From assembly GCA_012959605.1 (NCBI GenBank), contig DUCU01000092.1:7620-71619 (forward strand): a stretch of 64,000 nucleotides of DNA. Direction: 5' to 3'. Position 1 is the stretch's first letter; each line of letters begins with the position of its first letter. Below are positions 1-9,294 of this stretch, one piece after another. A program made the position numbers and the translations under genes. This DNA is from Dehalococcoidia bacterium. GTDB lineage: Bacteria > Chloroflexota > Dehalococcoidia > Lucifugimonadales > UBA3495. Under the pieces are notes generated by a model. That model ran no database searches. It was not told where the DNA came from and saw nothing but the letters and a program-made list of their open reading frames with translations.

Positions 1-499
1 AATGGGGTGCGTTCTGGCAGTGCGGCCGGAGTGGCGGCTGACTAGGGGGTATAAAGCATTTCCCTAGTTTGGAAAGGCAGGGGCGCGAAATTGAGCTAGA
101 GGAAAACTCGGAATGGAATGAGGGTTCCGACGCTTTCGTCACCACTTAGTCTACGATTGGGCTGCTCGGAAACCGTCTAGGACGGGTCGATATTCTGGTT
201 CATGAGGAATATGACTCGTATTCGGTAATTGAGACGAAAGCTTCCGACTGTGACGCTATGGCCGGCTATAGAGTGAGACCGAGCATACTGCGCCACGTCC
301 GCCAGTTAATCAAATATGTAATGTCGTTCTGGGAAAATGGGATAGATGTTTGTCCTGGTGTGATTTATCCTCTTCCTCCATTGTTTGCGGAAAGAGGAGC
401 GGAGATTGAAGACACACTGGACGAACATAGCATACAGGTGGTCTGGGCCAGCGAGAGAGGGCAGGACTAGGGTCTTAAACAGTTTCAGCATATTAAGGC

Positions 500-540
500 A
501 AAAAAGGCCGTCCCGACGTTGTTGGGACGGCCTTTTTGTT
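500..540. terminator. Bidirectional intrinsic terminator
   Basis: Stem ggccgtccc (506-514) pairs with gggacggcc (524-532) around a 9-nt loop. An A-run lies on the left and T5 on the right. It sits 20 nt 3' of the minus-strand CDS ending at 560. Confidence 0.75.
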
Positions 541-559
541 CGCTTTGTTAAACTGGCTA

Positions 560-1657
560 TTACGGTGCGGTTGTTCCGGGGCCCCAGTTGTTGGGGATGT
601 TGATTAGGGCTTCTTCAAGGTCTCCCACATCACTCTGTCCGCAGAAGTCCATGACTCGTCCAACCTCTTCTCGGAGTAGTTCCAGGACGTTGTGGACGCC
701 GTCTTCACCCTCGGTCGCCAGACCCCAATAGAGAGGTCGGCCAATGCCGACGGCTTTGACACCCATGGCCAGGGCTTTTAGCACATCGCTGCCACGGCGG
801 ACACCAGAGTCTAGGTAGACTTCACAGTGGCCATTAACCGCTGCAACGACCTCCGGTACCGTCTCTATGGAGCTGAGGGTCTGGTCCAATTGGCGACCAC
901 CGTGTGTGGACACCAAGACTCCTTCGCAGCCCAGATCGGCGGCCATCTTGGCGTCTTCGCCGACGCGTATTCCCTTCAAAACCAGTGGCAAAGATGTCAG
1001 ACTACGGAGCCATTCCAGGTCCTTCCAGGTGATGGGGTCGGCGCGGGAAACATCCCAACCGGGAGTATCGTCGGTTCCGCTAATTTCATTGCGGGAAAGA
1101 CCCAGGTCGCGGAAGTTACCCAGTTCTAAAACACGCTCAAATTTGTTGCGCAGATCCCTTTCCTTAGGACTGGGAACTGGCGTATCAATCGTCAGAACAA
1201 TGGCCTTGAACCCAGCTTCTTCTGCCCGGTGCACCAGCATCTCTGTGAGAGCCTTGCCCCGGTGGTAAAGTTGGAACCATAGCGGGCCGGTGGCAGCTTC
1301 GGCTACCTCTTCTAAACTGCAGTTGGAAGCCGTGCTGAGCATCATCAGGGTATTGGAGCGCCCTGCGGCCCTGGCGGTGGCGACCTCTGCTTGAGGATGG
1401 GCTAGACCGTGGCTGCCGGCGGGGCAGACAAAGACTGGCATGCTGATATCGGTTCCCAGCATGGTGGTCGCAATCTTGCGCTCTTCCACACTGCGCATGA
1501 ACCGAGGGCGAATCGACAGGGCGTCGAATGCACTGCGGTTACGTTTGGTCGTGATCTCGTCCATGGCGCCGGCGTCGATGAAGTCCCAGTTGTCATGGGG
1601 CAAAGCGAGCTTGGCCCTGGCTTCGTAGTCGTAAAGATTGATGGGATCGTTAGCCAT
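560..1657 (-). CDS. FMN-dependent alpha-hydroxy-acid dehydrogenase/oxidase (LldD / glycolate oxidase family)
   Basis: 365-aa ORF starting at ATG behind a GGAGGA SD. N-terminal 'NLYDYEARA...WDFIDAGA..E.T...N..AF' and C-terminal 'VSTHGGRQLD' and 'LDSGVRRGSDVLKALAMG' are typical of the FMN alpha-hydroxyacid-oxidising family. Confidence 0.85.
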   Translation of the reverse strand: MANDPINLYDYEARAKLALPHDNWDFIDAGAMDEITTKRNRSAFDALSIRPRFMRSVEERKIATTMLGTDISMPVFVCPAGSHGLAHPQAEVATARAAGRSNTLMMLSTASNCSLEEVAEAATGPLWFQLYHRGKALTEMLVHRAEEAGFKAIVLTIDTPVPSPKERDLRNKFERVLELGNFRDLGLSRNEISGTDDTPGWDVSRADPITWKDLEWLRSLTSLPLVLKGIRVGEDAKMAADLGCEGVLVSTHGGRQLDQTLSSIETVPEVVAAVNGHCEVYLDSGVRRGSDVLKALAMGVKAVGIGRPLYWGLATEGEDGVHNVLELLREEVGRVMDFCGQSDVGDLEEALINIPNNWGPGTTAP

Positions 1658-1926
1658 CGAGTCCTCCTAAAATGGGTGGCCTAGCAGATGAAGGCCAAAA
1701 GTTTGGGTCAGGTAACCAAACATTGAAGGTACTCTTATCAGAAGGGTGCTCTTATCACAAAGAGAGATACCAGTGTGAGGTTAATATCGGCCCTACTCTA
1801 ACTTGAACCGAGGATGATGGCAAGCGTGGTTGGGTGGACTTGGTTCGTTCAGTATTACTCGGGCTTTTTGAATGATGTCCAGAGTAATACTGAAAATTTC
1901 AAGACAGAGGGATTAACCAGCGGATA

Positions 1927-1969
1927 AATAAAAAGAGTGGGCGGAATTAATTCCGCCCACTCTTTTTTG
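1927..1969 (-). terminator. Intrinsic terminator after the oxidoreductase operon (usable in both directions)
   Basis: 13-bp stem agagtgggcggaa / ttccgcccactct flanked by an A-run (left) and T6 (right). It lies 35 nt 3' of the CDS ending at 2002. Confidence 0.8.
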
Positions 1970-2001
1970 CTGTAGTTTGTTTGATCTCCGAACTTTCTGA
2001 C

Positions 2002-3018
2002 TTACTCCGCTTCTTCTGCGGTTTCGACTTCGTCCGGTTGGGGAGTGATGGGAATCAGGCCGGGTATCCACCACTTTTCCCATTGTTCATCAACCCTATC
2101 TTGGACGTGCTTGATGTCTTCCGGTAGGAAGTGGGCGAAGCGGCCCTGGCGTAGCAGGTATTCTTCCACAGGCTTCCGTTTTCGGATGCCCTTGGAGATG
2201 GCCCGGCTGGGCCCGTTCAGCGACAACTCGCCTTCGATGATCTCGTATTGAGTCCACAGGCCGGTTTCGATGGCCAGCATCCCTAACTCATGGGAGTATT
2301 TGGGGTCATAGTCCCAGCCTTTAGGGCAGGGGTCTATGCAGTGGATGAAGGTGGGTCCGCCGGCGGTCAGGGCGCGGCGTACCTTGTTGTTGAAGTCCAA
2401 CCCATACGAGGCGCAGGCCGTGGCCACGTACTTCATGTTGGGATGTCCCACGGCCATCATGGGCGCCATGTTCTTCTTTTCGCGGACGTTCATGTTCCGA
2501 ATCTTTTTGCCCACCGGGCTGAACGTGGTGTTAGCGCCCCAAGGAGTGGAACCCGAAGCTTGAATGTCTGTATTGGCATAGGACTCGTTGTCGTAGCAGA
2601 CGATGAGCAGGTTGTACTCATCGTGCTGCAACGCAGCGGACAAAGCTGATAGACCCATGTCTACTCCGCCACCATCTCCGCAGAAAGCGATGACGTTAAT
2701 GGGCTCGTCCGTCATTTTGCCCTTGCGCATCATGGCGGATAGTCCAGCAGCGGTGCCGGTGGCGGCAGAGCCGGCTGAACCAAGCTGAGTGTGCATCCAC
2801 GGCACCACCCACGGTGTGCTGTAGTAGGTGGTGTTTGCCACGTACATGCAGCCGGTGCTGCCGAGTACGATGGTCCGTTGTCCGGCGGCTTTAATCATCA
2901 GCCGCATCACCAGAGCCGATTCACAACCCTGACAGGTCCGGTGTCCGGAAGAGTAAAACTCCTCCACCGGTATACTCTTAACTCCCCTTATCTGAGGGAG
3001 GTCTTGTACAGTTGCCAT
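2002..3018 (-). CDS. 2-oxoacid:ferredoxin oxidoreductase, beta (ThDP-binding) subunit (PorB/VorB/KorB-like)
   Basis: 338 aa with the 'FCGDGGGVDMG' ThDP motif and N-terminal Cys residues ('CQGC', 'GC'). It is tightly packed behind the alpha gene (4-nt gap). Confidence 0.85.
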   Translation of the reverse strand: MATVQDLPQIRGVKSIPVEEFYSSGHRTCQGCESALVMRLMIKAAGQRTIVLGSTGCMYVANTTYYSTPWVVPWMHTQLGSAGSAATGTAAGLSAMMRKGKMTDEPINVIAFCGDGGGVDMGLSALSAALQHDEYNLLIVCYDNESYANTDIQASGSTPWGANTTFSPVGKKIRNMNVREKKNMAPMMAVGHPNMKYVATACASYGLDFNNKVRRALTAGGPTFIHCIDPCPKGWDYDPKYSHELGMLAIETGLWTQYEIIEGELSLNGPSRAISKGIRKRKPVEEYLLRQGRFAHFLPEDIKHVQDRVDEQWEKWWIPGLIPITPQPDEVETAEEAE

Positions 3019-3022
3019 TCTA

Positions 3023-4246
3023 TTACTCCCTTACCGCGACCCAGGTGGTCTCTTGTTCGATTTTACCAGTGTCGACGGCTGTTTGGGTGGTTTCCACAAT
3101 CTGTTCTATGTCGCCGACCATGACCTCGCGGCCGCCCAACCCGGCAATGAAGTTCAACATTAAGGGCCGTTTATCCATGGGGTACATGGTAGATCTGAGT
3201 TCATGGAAGAGGACTCCGCCGTAGGAAGGTGAGCCGTAGGAATAGTCACGGTCAATTACCGCTACACCCTTGGCGTTACCAAGAGCCTTCTGGAGCTCCT
3301 CAGCTGGGAACGGCCGGAAGAATTTCACTCGCAGGAAGCCAACTTTCTTGCCTGCTTCCCGCATGCGGCGAATGGCAACCCTGGTCGGCATGGCCAGGGT
3401 ACCCATTCCCACGACGATGATTTCAGCGTCTTCGCACATGTATTCTTCAATAAACGGACTGGGGTCACCCCGACCGAAGATCTCGCGGAACTCTTCGTAG
3501 GCCTCTTTGATGACCTCGGGCGTTCGGCGCATGGCCTCGTCGGTCTGCTTCCGGATCTCCATTAGCCAGTCCTCATTCACTTGAGGGGCGACGGTGATGG
3601 GGTTGTCCGGGTGTAATTGCAGTTTGCCACGTTTGTAAGGTGGCAAGAATTTTTCTACCTGATCTCGAGATGGAACCTGAACGATCGCCTGTGAGTGGGT
3701 CAGGAACGAACCGTCGCAACTCAGGGCAAAGGGCAACAAGACTCGGGGATCCTCTGCTACCTTGTAGGCGATTAGAGCCATGTCGAGGGCTTCTTGAGCG
3801 GTGGCGACCCAGTAGAGATGCCAGCCCAAGTCACGCACGGCCAAGGCATCATTGTGTTCCACTCCGAATGCGCCCGGGTCGTCCAACGCCCGGTTACCAA
3901 CCATGGCCACCACGGGCATACGTAGCCCGGCCGTTACGGTGATGGCCTCAAAGGCATAGAACCAACCCACTCCGCTGGAGCCAGTGAAGGTGCGGGCGCC
4001 GACGGCGGAAGCATGCTTCACAATTTCAAACTGGGAGTGCTCGCTCTCGGCGATGATGTAATCAAAGTCGAAGGCGCCGTCGGCCTTGAGACGGGACACG
4101 TATTGCATCACCGTGTCATAGGGCCGGATGGGATAGGCAGTGATAACGTCAACGTCGGCGAGGGCACAGGCTATGCCAATGGCCTCACTGCCGCTGATTA
4201 GCTCCTCACTTTCCTTCTCGTAAAGTTTTGTCTGTACAGTCGCCAT
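3023..4246 (-). CDS. 2-oxoacid:ferredoxin oxidoreductase, alpha subunit (PorA-like)
   Basis: 407 aa. 'ISGSEAIG.A....DVDVITAYPIRP' at the N-terminus is typical of PorA/VorA. Its ATG abuts the stop of the upstream gene. Confidence 0.85.
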   Translation of the reverse strand: MATVQTKLYEKESEELISGSEAIGIACALADVDVITAYPIRPYDTVMQYVSRLKADGAFDFDYIIAESEHSQFEIVKHASAVGARTFTGSSGVGWFYAFEAITVTAGLRMPVVAMVGNRALDDPGAFGVEHNDALAVRDLGWHLYWVATAQEALDMALIAYKVAEDPRVLLPFALSCDGSFLTHSQAIVQVPSRDQVEKFLPPYKRGKLQLHPDNPITVAPQVNEDWLMEIRKQTDEAMRRTPEVIKEAYEEFREIFGRGDPSPFIEEYMCEDAEIIVVGMGTLAMPTRVAIRRMREAGKKVGFLRVKFFRPFPAEELQKALGNAKGVAVIDRDYSYGSPSYGGVLFHELRSTMYPMDKRPLMLNFIAGLGGREVMVGDIEQIVETTQTAVDTGKIEQETTWVAVRE

Positions 4247-5395
4247 TTAGTCTTCCTCCGCGTTGATCTCTTCATCGTAGCCGCCGACGTGGTGGAAACC
4301 GTGGGTCCGGACTTCAGACTTTTGCTTTTCCACTAGGGGAATCATCCACTTGTTGTAGCTGTCTTTATCAGCGGTCCAAGCGTCCCATTGGCTATTGTTG
4401 TCGTTGAATTCCGCTTCTCCGACCATGGTTACGCAGTCAGGGACAGGGCAAACTGCTTCGCAGACACCGCAACCGCAGCATGATTCCATGTTGGCGTCAT
4501 ACAAACCATCTGGTGTGATGTCGAAACAGGTGTCGGGACACTGCAGCCAGCACAACGTGCATTTGATACAGGTGTCAAAGTTTATGACTGGGCGCATGGA
4601 GCGAGTGCTCCATTTCTTGAAGACTTCAGAGCGACCGGGCTGGTAGCCCTCGTCGCCGCCTCGGAATCCGCCTCCCTGTGGAAGCGCTCGAATCACCAGG
4701 CCTTCTTCCATGGTCTTCCAGCCGGGCATGTCGAAACTGAACGGGGTCTCGGTGTTCCCTTCGCCAGGTTCTACAGGACGGCTGGTGGTTCGGTCGAAAG
4801 CGCGCTGGGCCGAAGAAACCTTAGCCTCGTTGCCAGTCTGCTCTTGGATGGACACCAACATAGCTTTCAGACTGACCAGGTCCGGGCAAACTTTGCATAT
4901 TGCGCCGAGTACCCGCATGTCGGTGTGGTCGTCTTTATAGACCCAGAGACCGGAGAAACTCACGGTGCTGGGGATGATTGCTAGATCGTATGATGAGTCT
5001 TTCTGGTGGATGTCCTCCAACAGAGAGGGAGCATCTTGCCTTGAGGTCACGATCAGCGTGCCACCGGGCTTGGTTAGCTCGTTGATGGGCTGCAGGCCGT
5101 ACCAGGCCCAGGACTCAATACCTTTGCACATAGCGTCGTCAAGGTTAATCGTGACGTCAACCGCTGTGGCCTCGTAAACAGCCAAGCTCTCTTCTAATTC
5201 CAAGGCTGTATCGGAAACTATGGCAAACTGCTTGGCTGGTATGCCATTCCTTTCCGGTGAATCGCTATATCGGCCAAATGCCGTGCCAATTTTGCCGTCT
5301 TTCCTGGCGGCGAACACAATGTTTCGGACGATGTTTCGGGCCAGAGTCCTTTGGAATATGCCCCGGTACACCACCTCCACAGCTCGGGTAGCCAT
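4247..5395 (-). CDS. Fused gamma-delta subunit of 2-oxoacid:ferredoxin oxidoreductase (gamma-like domain plus 2x[4Fe-4S] ferredoxin domain)
   Basis: 382 aa. The C-terminal part carries two ferredoxin motifs, 'CIKCTLCWLQCP' and 'CCGCGVCEAVCP'. The N-terminal ~190 aa occupies the position of a gamma subunit but lacks the usual GRGGQG-type motif. Confidence 0.7.
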   Translation of the reverse strand: MATRAVEVVYRGIFQRTLARNIVRNIVFAARKDGKIGTAFGRYSDSPERNGIPAKQFAIVSDTALELEESLAVYEATAVDVTINLDDAMCKGIESWAWYGLQPINELTKPGGTLIVTSRQDAPSLLEDIHQKDSSYDLAIIPSTVSFSGLWVYKDDHTDMRVLGAICKVCPDLVSLKAMLVSIQEQTGNEAKVSSAQRAFDRTTSRPVEPGEGNTETPFSFDMPGWKTMEEGLVIRALPQGGGFRGGDEGYQPGRSEVFKKWSTRSMRPVINFDTCIKCTLCWLQCPDTCFDITPDGLYDANMESCCGCGVCEAVCPVPDCVTMVGEAEFNDNNSQWDAWTADKDSYNKWMIPLVEKQKSEVRTHGFHHVGGYDEEINAEED

Positions 5396-5504
5396 AGGTT
5401 TCCTCCTCAGCTTTTGGTTGACGGTTGGTTTTCTACTCGTTTCTTGCTAACGTGCGCTTGGAATACCTACTTATCGGATTCCGGACGTTTCTGATTACTA
5501 TTTA

Positions 5505-6263
5505 CTATATGTTGGCGGTAGGTGCTGCTTGTTCCTGTGAGATTGGATAGGTGCTAGAGGGCTCAACGGCGGTCAAATGATGTTCCATGGCTGACCGCGC
5601 CCCCTGGTGGTCTCCAGACCGAATCATCTCTAGAATCTCCCGGTGGGAGTCCAGTGACCGCTGTGGCCTACCTGGCTGTTGTAATGTTTGGTCCCTGGAT
5701 TGCCGCAGCACGTCTTCCACTGCGCTAACCACCTTGACCAATGCTGTGTTGTGAGTTGCCGTGGTCAGGGCGAAATGGAACGCTGTATCAGCGTGCACGC
5801 CGGTTTCGCCTTCCATTATCTGGCGCTGCTGTTCAATTAATATGGAAGCCAAGCGTTCCACATCTTCTGGAGTGGCCCTCTGTGCTGCGAGAGCCGCAAG
5901 TTGGGGCTCTAATAGATGTCTAACTTCAAAAATATCTTTGAGCTGGGCTTCACCTGCACCCAAATCATCAATCAGCGAAGAGGTCATCAGCGTTGCCACA
6001 GCGTTCAGGCTCTGGGTATTAATGAAAGTGCCAGACCCTTGTTTACTCACCACCAGTCCCTGTAGTTCCAAGGTTCTGATCGCTTCTCTTACAGAACCCC
6101 GGCTCACCTTTAATTGCTCAGCCAGTACCCGTTCTGCGGGCAACCTGGCACCGTGCTCTAGGCTCCCTCGTTGAATCAACGAATGGAACCGTTCCACGAT
6201 GGCCTCATGGCGCCGCTGACCCTGGAGGTTCTTCAATTCTGGCTGTGAGTTTTCAGGCAACAA
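5505..6263 (-). CDS. GntR-family regulator, FadR/FCD subfamily (LldR/PdhR-like)
   Basis: 252 aa with a TTG start. It has a winged-HTH 'LPAERVLAEQLKVSRGSVREAIRTLELQGLVVSKQGSGTFI' and a C-terminal FCD-type helical domain ('FEVRHLLEP', 'FH.AL..A..N'). Confidence 0.85.
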   Translation of the reverse strand: MLPENSQPELKNLQGQRRHEAIVERFHSLIQRGSLEHGARLPAERVLAEQLKVSRGSVREAIRTLELQGLVVSKQGSGTFINTQSLNAVATLMTSSLIDDLGAGEAQLKDIFEVRHLLEPQLAALAAQRATPEDVERLASILIEQQRQIMEGETGVHADTAFHFALTTATHNTALVKVVSAVEDVLRQSRDQTLQQPGRPQRSLDSHREILEMIRSGDHQGARSAMEHHLTAVEPSSTYPISQEQAAPTANI

Positions 6264-6291
6264 AACGGTGAGTGTAACTACCTCAAATCCA

Positions 6292-6322
6292 AATTGGTCT
6301 TACCAATTAATTGATTGGCCAG
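6292..6322. promoter_or_regulatory. Candidate GntR/FadR-type operator (perfect palindrome) plus adjacent 12-mer
   Basis: AATTGGT-CTT-ACCAATT (6292-6308) has perfect 7-bp arms and fits the FadR-subfamily t.GT-N3-AC.a pattern. It lies 29 bp upstream of the regulator start, in the divergent region shared with the gene at 6547. It is followed by TTGATTGGCCAG (6311-6322). Confidence 0.6.
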
Positions 6323-6546
6323 ATTATACACCCACGTTAAATCATGTCAAGGCGTGGAATGGGCACAAAAGACCATGATAAATCTATAGTGTAAAACTGT
6401 TGTCAGCCTGATAAAATTACCCAGTCTAGTTAACAATAACGGTAGAATCCTGTTCTCTTTTTATATGACTCCCTAATTCGCCTGGGGGTATAATTTCCGC
6501 GTGGTAACAACCCCAAACACGGGGTGATTCTAGAGGTAACCTGAAT

Positions 6547-7788
6547 TTGCAAGACGTGATCGTGGTGGGGGCTGGCCCCGCCGGAAACAACGCCGCCCTC
6601 TCATTGGCTTCCAAGGGGTATGGCGTCACAGTCATAGACTCCAGGGAGAATATCGGCGATAAATTATGCACTGGTCTGGTGGGTGAGGAGTGCTTTCTCC
6701 GCTATCCAATTGACCCGTCATTGGTCTACCGCGAAATAAATTCTGCCCGCGTAATCTCTCCGTCCTCCGAACTTGTCAGATTTGAGACCCCAACCACCGT
6801 GGCACGGGTGGTCGACCGAGTGGCCTACGTGTCTTCATTCGCTGATAAAGCTACTGCGGCCGGGGCAGATTATCTTCTGGGTAGCAGAGTTATCAGCCTG
6901 GAACAGCGCCCAGACCGTGTCGTAGTGACTACAGACGGCAGTTCTGGCTCAGACACCCTGGAAGCACGGGCTTTGGTTCTAGCCGCGGGCTTTGGCTCGC
7001 AACTGAACCGACAATTGGGTCTGGGGGAGCCTTCAGACTACGTGGTGGGGACTCAAGCCTTGGTGAAGACTGAGGGCGTTGAAGAAGTTGAAGTCTATCT
7101 GGGGCGTGATATTGCCCCCGGGTTCTTTGCCTGGTTGGTCCCAACCAGGCCCGGATACGCCCTGGCCGGACTGCTGGTACGCAAGAACGCCAAAGACCGA
7201 TTAGCCAACTTCATCTCCGCTAGAATGACGGAAGGTAAGATCACAGAAACAGCCGATAAACCAACCTGTTGGGGCATCCCATTGCGACCGCTAAACAAGA
7301 CCTACACCGACCGAGTGCTGGTGGTGGGAGATGCCGCCGGACAGGTAAAGCCGACCACTGGCGGCGGGATATTCTACTCGCTTCTCTCGAGTGAGATTGC
7401 TTCTGGCGCTCTGCAACAAGCACTCAGGAAAGATCAGCTCTCAGCCAACCGATTGGGCGTTTACCAAAAAGAGTGGAAGAACTTGCTCTCCAACGAATTG
7501 GAGGTAGGATACTCCGCACGCAGAGCATTTGAGTACCTGAGCGACAGCCACATCGGTTCATTGATTAACCAGGCCGGTAGCAACGGATTTGTGGCCGAAC
7601 TGGCTAATTCACCGGATGTTTCCTTTGATTGGCACAGTTCAATGATTGGCAAAATAATGGGCCACCCGACATTGGGCGGTGTATTGAAACTGGTGAACCC
7701 TCTGCTGGCGCGTATGGCTAAGGTCCCGGAGTCGGCTGAAGTTTTCGCATCTGAAGCAGCCATGGCTGAAACTGGTACTTCGGTTTAG
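6547..7788 (+). CDS. Geranylgeranyl-reductase-family FAD-dependent oxidoreductase
   Basis: 413 aa with a TTG start. It carries the 'VIVVGAGPAGNNAA' dinucleotide-binding motif and 'VLVVGDAAGQVKPTTGGGI', typical of the family. Confidence 0.75.
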   Translation: MQDVIVVGAGPAGNNAALSLASKGYGVTVIDSRENIGDKLCTGLVGEECFLRYPIDPSLVYREINSARVISPSSELVRFETPTTVARVVDRVAYVSSFADKATAAGADYLLGSRVISLEQRPDRVVVTTDGSSGSDTLEARALVLAAGFGSQLNRQLGLGEPSDYVVGTQALVKTEGVEEVEVYLGRDIAPGFFAWLVPTRPGYALAGLLVRKNAKDRLANFISARMTEGKITETADKPTCWGIPLRPLNKTYTDRVLVVGDAAGQVKPTTGGGIFYSLLSSEIASGALQQALRKDQLSANRLGVYQKEWKNLLSNELEVGYSARRAFEYLSDSHIGSLINQAGSNGFVAELANSPDVSFDWHSSMIGKIMGHPTLGGVLKLVNPLLARMAKVPESAEVFASEAAMAETGTSV

Positions 7789-7909
7789 CCACATCTTCAA
7801 CTAATTACCCATATATCTATCGGATAATCGTCCTAGAGCCAACACGGTGGATTAGCTGACTAAACCGCTTCGCATAGCCCGGCTGTCCCTCGCGTTTACC
7901 TTTATCAGC

Positions 7910-9226
7910 ATGATGGCTATTGGCATGCTGGGGCCGGTGCTAGCCCACGCGCAAGAACCTAATTCTCCCCACGCCCTGGTCATGAACGTTGATGGAATCA
8001 TCAACTCAGTAAAGGTTCGCTTCGTCTCCAGGGCCATTGAACAGGCCGCAGAAGATAATGCGACGCTCTTGGTCATCCAACTTGATACACCGGGCGGTCT
8101 TCTTGGCGCCACCAGGGACATTGTCCAATTGCTTCTGGAATCGCCGATCCCGGTGGCGGTTTATGTCTCGCCCAGCGGCGCCAGGGCTGGTTCTGCGGGG
8201 ACGTTCATCACCGCAGCGGCGCACTTTGCGGTGATGGCACCTGGGACCAACATTGGCGCTGCCTCCCCCATAGCTGCCTCCGGCCAAGGCTTGGACGACA
8301 CCCTGGCCAGCAAGATTGAGAATGACACCGCTGCTCTGATCAGAAGCATTGCCCAGACACGGGGGCGTAACCAAGACAAACTGGAGGCAACGGTGCGGTC
8401 GGCGGCCTCTTACTCAGCCCAAGAAGCCCTCGCAGATAACGTAGTTGACCTGATTGCCGACGACCTGGATGACATGCTGGCCAAACTGGATGGCCTCACT
8501 GCTGATACTTCTTTTGGGCTGGTGGAGATGGAAACGGCAGAGATCGGCACCCGGTCCTTTGAGAAGAACATCCTGGAGCACTTCTTAGAGTTCATCTCCG
8601 ACCCAAACGTGTCGTTCATCTTGCTGTCGGTGGGTGCTCTTGGAATAGTGGTGGAAATCTTCAACCCGGGGTTGGTTGCTCCCGGAGTGGTCGGGGTGAT
8701 CTGCCTGCTGCTGGCGTTCTTAGCGCTGGGCAACCTGCCGGTTAACTGGGCGGGAGTAGTGTTTGTCGTGCTTGCCGTGATCCTAATTGTGCTTGAGGTT
8801 GCGGTTTCCGGGTTCGGGATATTAGGCGTGGGAGCTATGGTAAGCCTCATGGTAGGTGGGGTTCTGCTATTCAACCAATTTGGAGACACTTCTCCGACTC
8901 TGCCATCGATCGACGTAAATAGGTGGTTGTTGGCTAGCTTAGGAGGAGTGGTGGGTGCCGCAATGATCTACGTGGTTAGGGCGGCCTACCAGTCTCGAAA
9001 AGAAGGGCCGCTGGCAAAAGTCTCAGACCTAATCGGCACGATAGGTAGAGTGACTGGGGAGCTAGCGCCCACGGGGATTGTCCTTGTTGGTAATAAAACG
9101 TGGACAGCGATAAGTGAGGATGCTAGTGTGATTGCCACTGGCGAACAGGTTCAAGTGAGAAGCGTGGCTGGCTTGATTTTGACGGTTTCTTCCCAAATTG
9201 ATTCAGAAATTGAGATAGATTCGTAA
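7910..9226 (+). CDS. NfeD-family membrane-bound ClpP-class serine protease
   Basis: 438 aa with an N-terminal ClpP-like domain, several hydrophobic helices (res ~230-350) and a C-terminal OB-type NfeD domain ('GRVTGELAPTGIVLVGNKTWTAISED...GEQVQVRSV'). It is paired with the SPFH gene. The true start may lie upstream; see findings. Confidence 0.8.
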   Translation: MMAIGMLGPVLAHAQEPNSPHALVMNVDGIINSVKVRFVSRAIEQAAEDNATLLVIQLDTPGGLLGATRDIVQLLLESPIPVAVYVSPSGARAGSAGTFITAAAHFAVMAPGTNIGAASPIAASGQGLDDTLASKIENDTAALIRSIAQTRGRNQDKLEATVRSAASYSAQEALADNVVDLIADDLDDMLAKLDGLTADTSFGLVEMETAEIGTRSFEKNILEHFLEFISDPNVSFILLSVGALGIVVEIFNPGLVAPGVVGVICLLLAFLALGNLPVNWAGVVFVVLAVILIVLEVAVSGFGILGVGAMVSLMVGGVLLFNQFGDTSPTLPSIDVNRWLLASLGGVVGAAMIYVVRAAYQSRKEGPLAKVSDLIGTIGRVTGELAPTGIVLVGNKTWTAISEDASVIATGEQVQVRSVAGLILTVSSQIDSEIEIDS

Positions 9227-9294
9227 TGTAATCTAGCGACCAGAATATTGTCTAATGCGCGGTTTTCCAATGCTCAAGCTTATGGAGGTCATCG

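Noticed and set aside
258-470. 70-aa plus-strand ORF ending 30 nt before the bidirectional terminator
   Set aside because: It has no SD, no recognisable family and no compositional support. The terminator alone does not justify a gene call. The 1-500 region is left unannotated, including a possible gene 3' end at 1-45.
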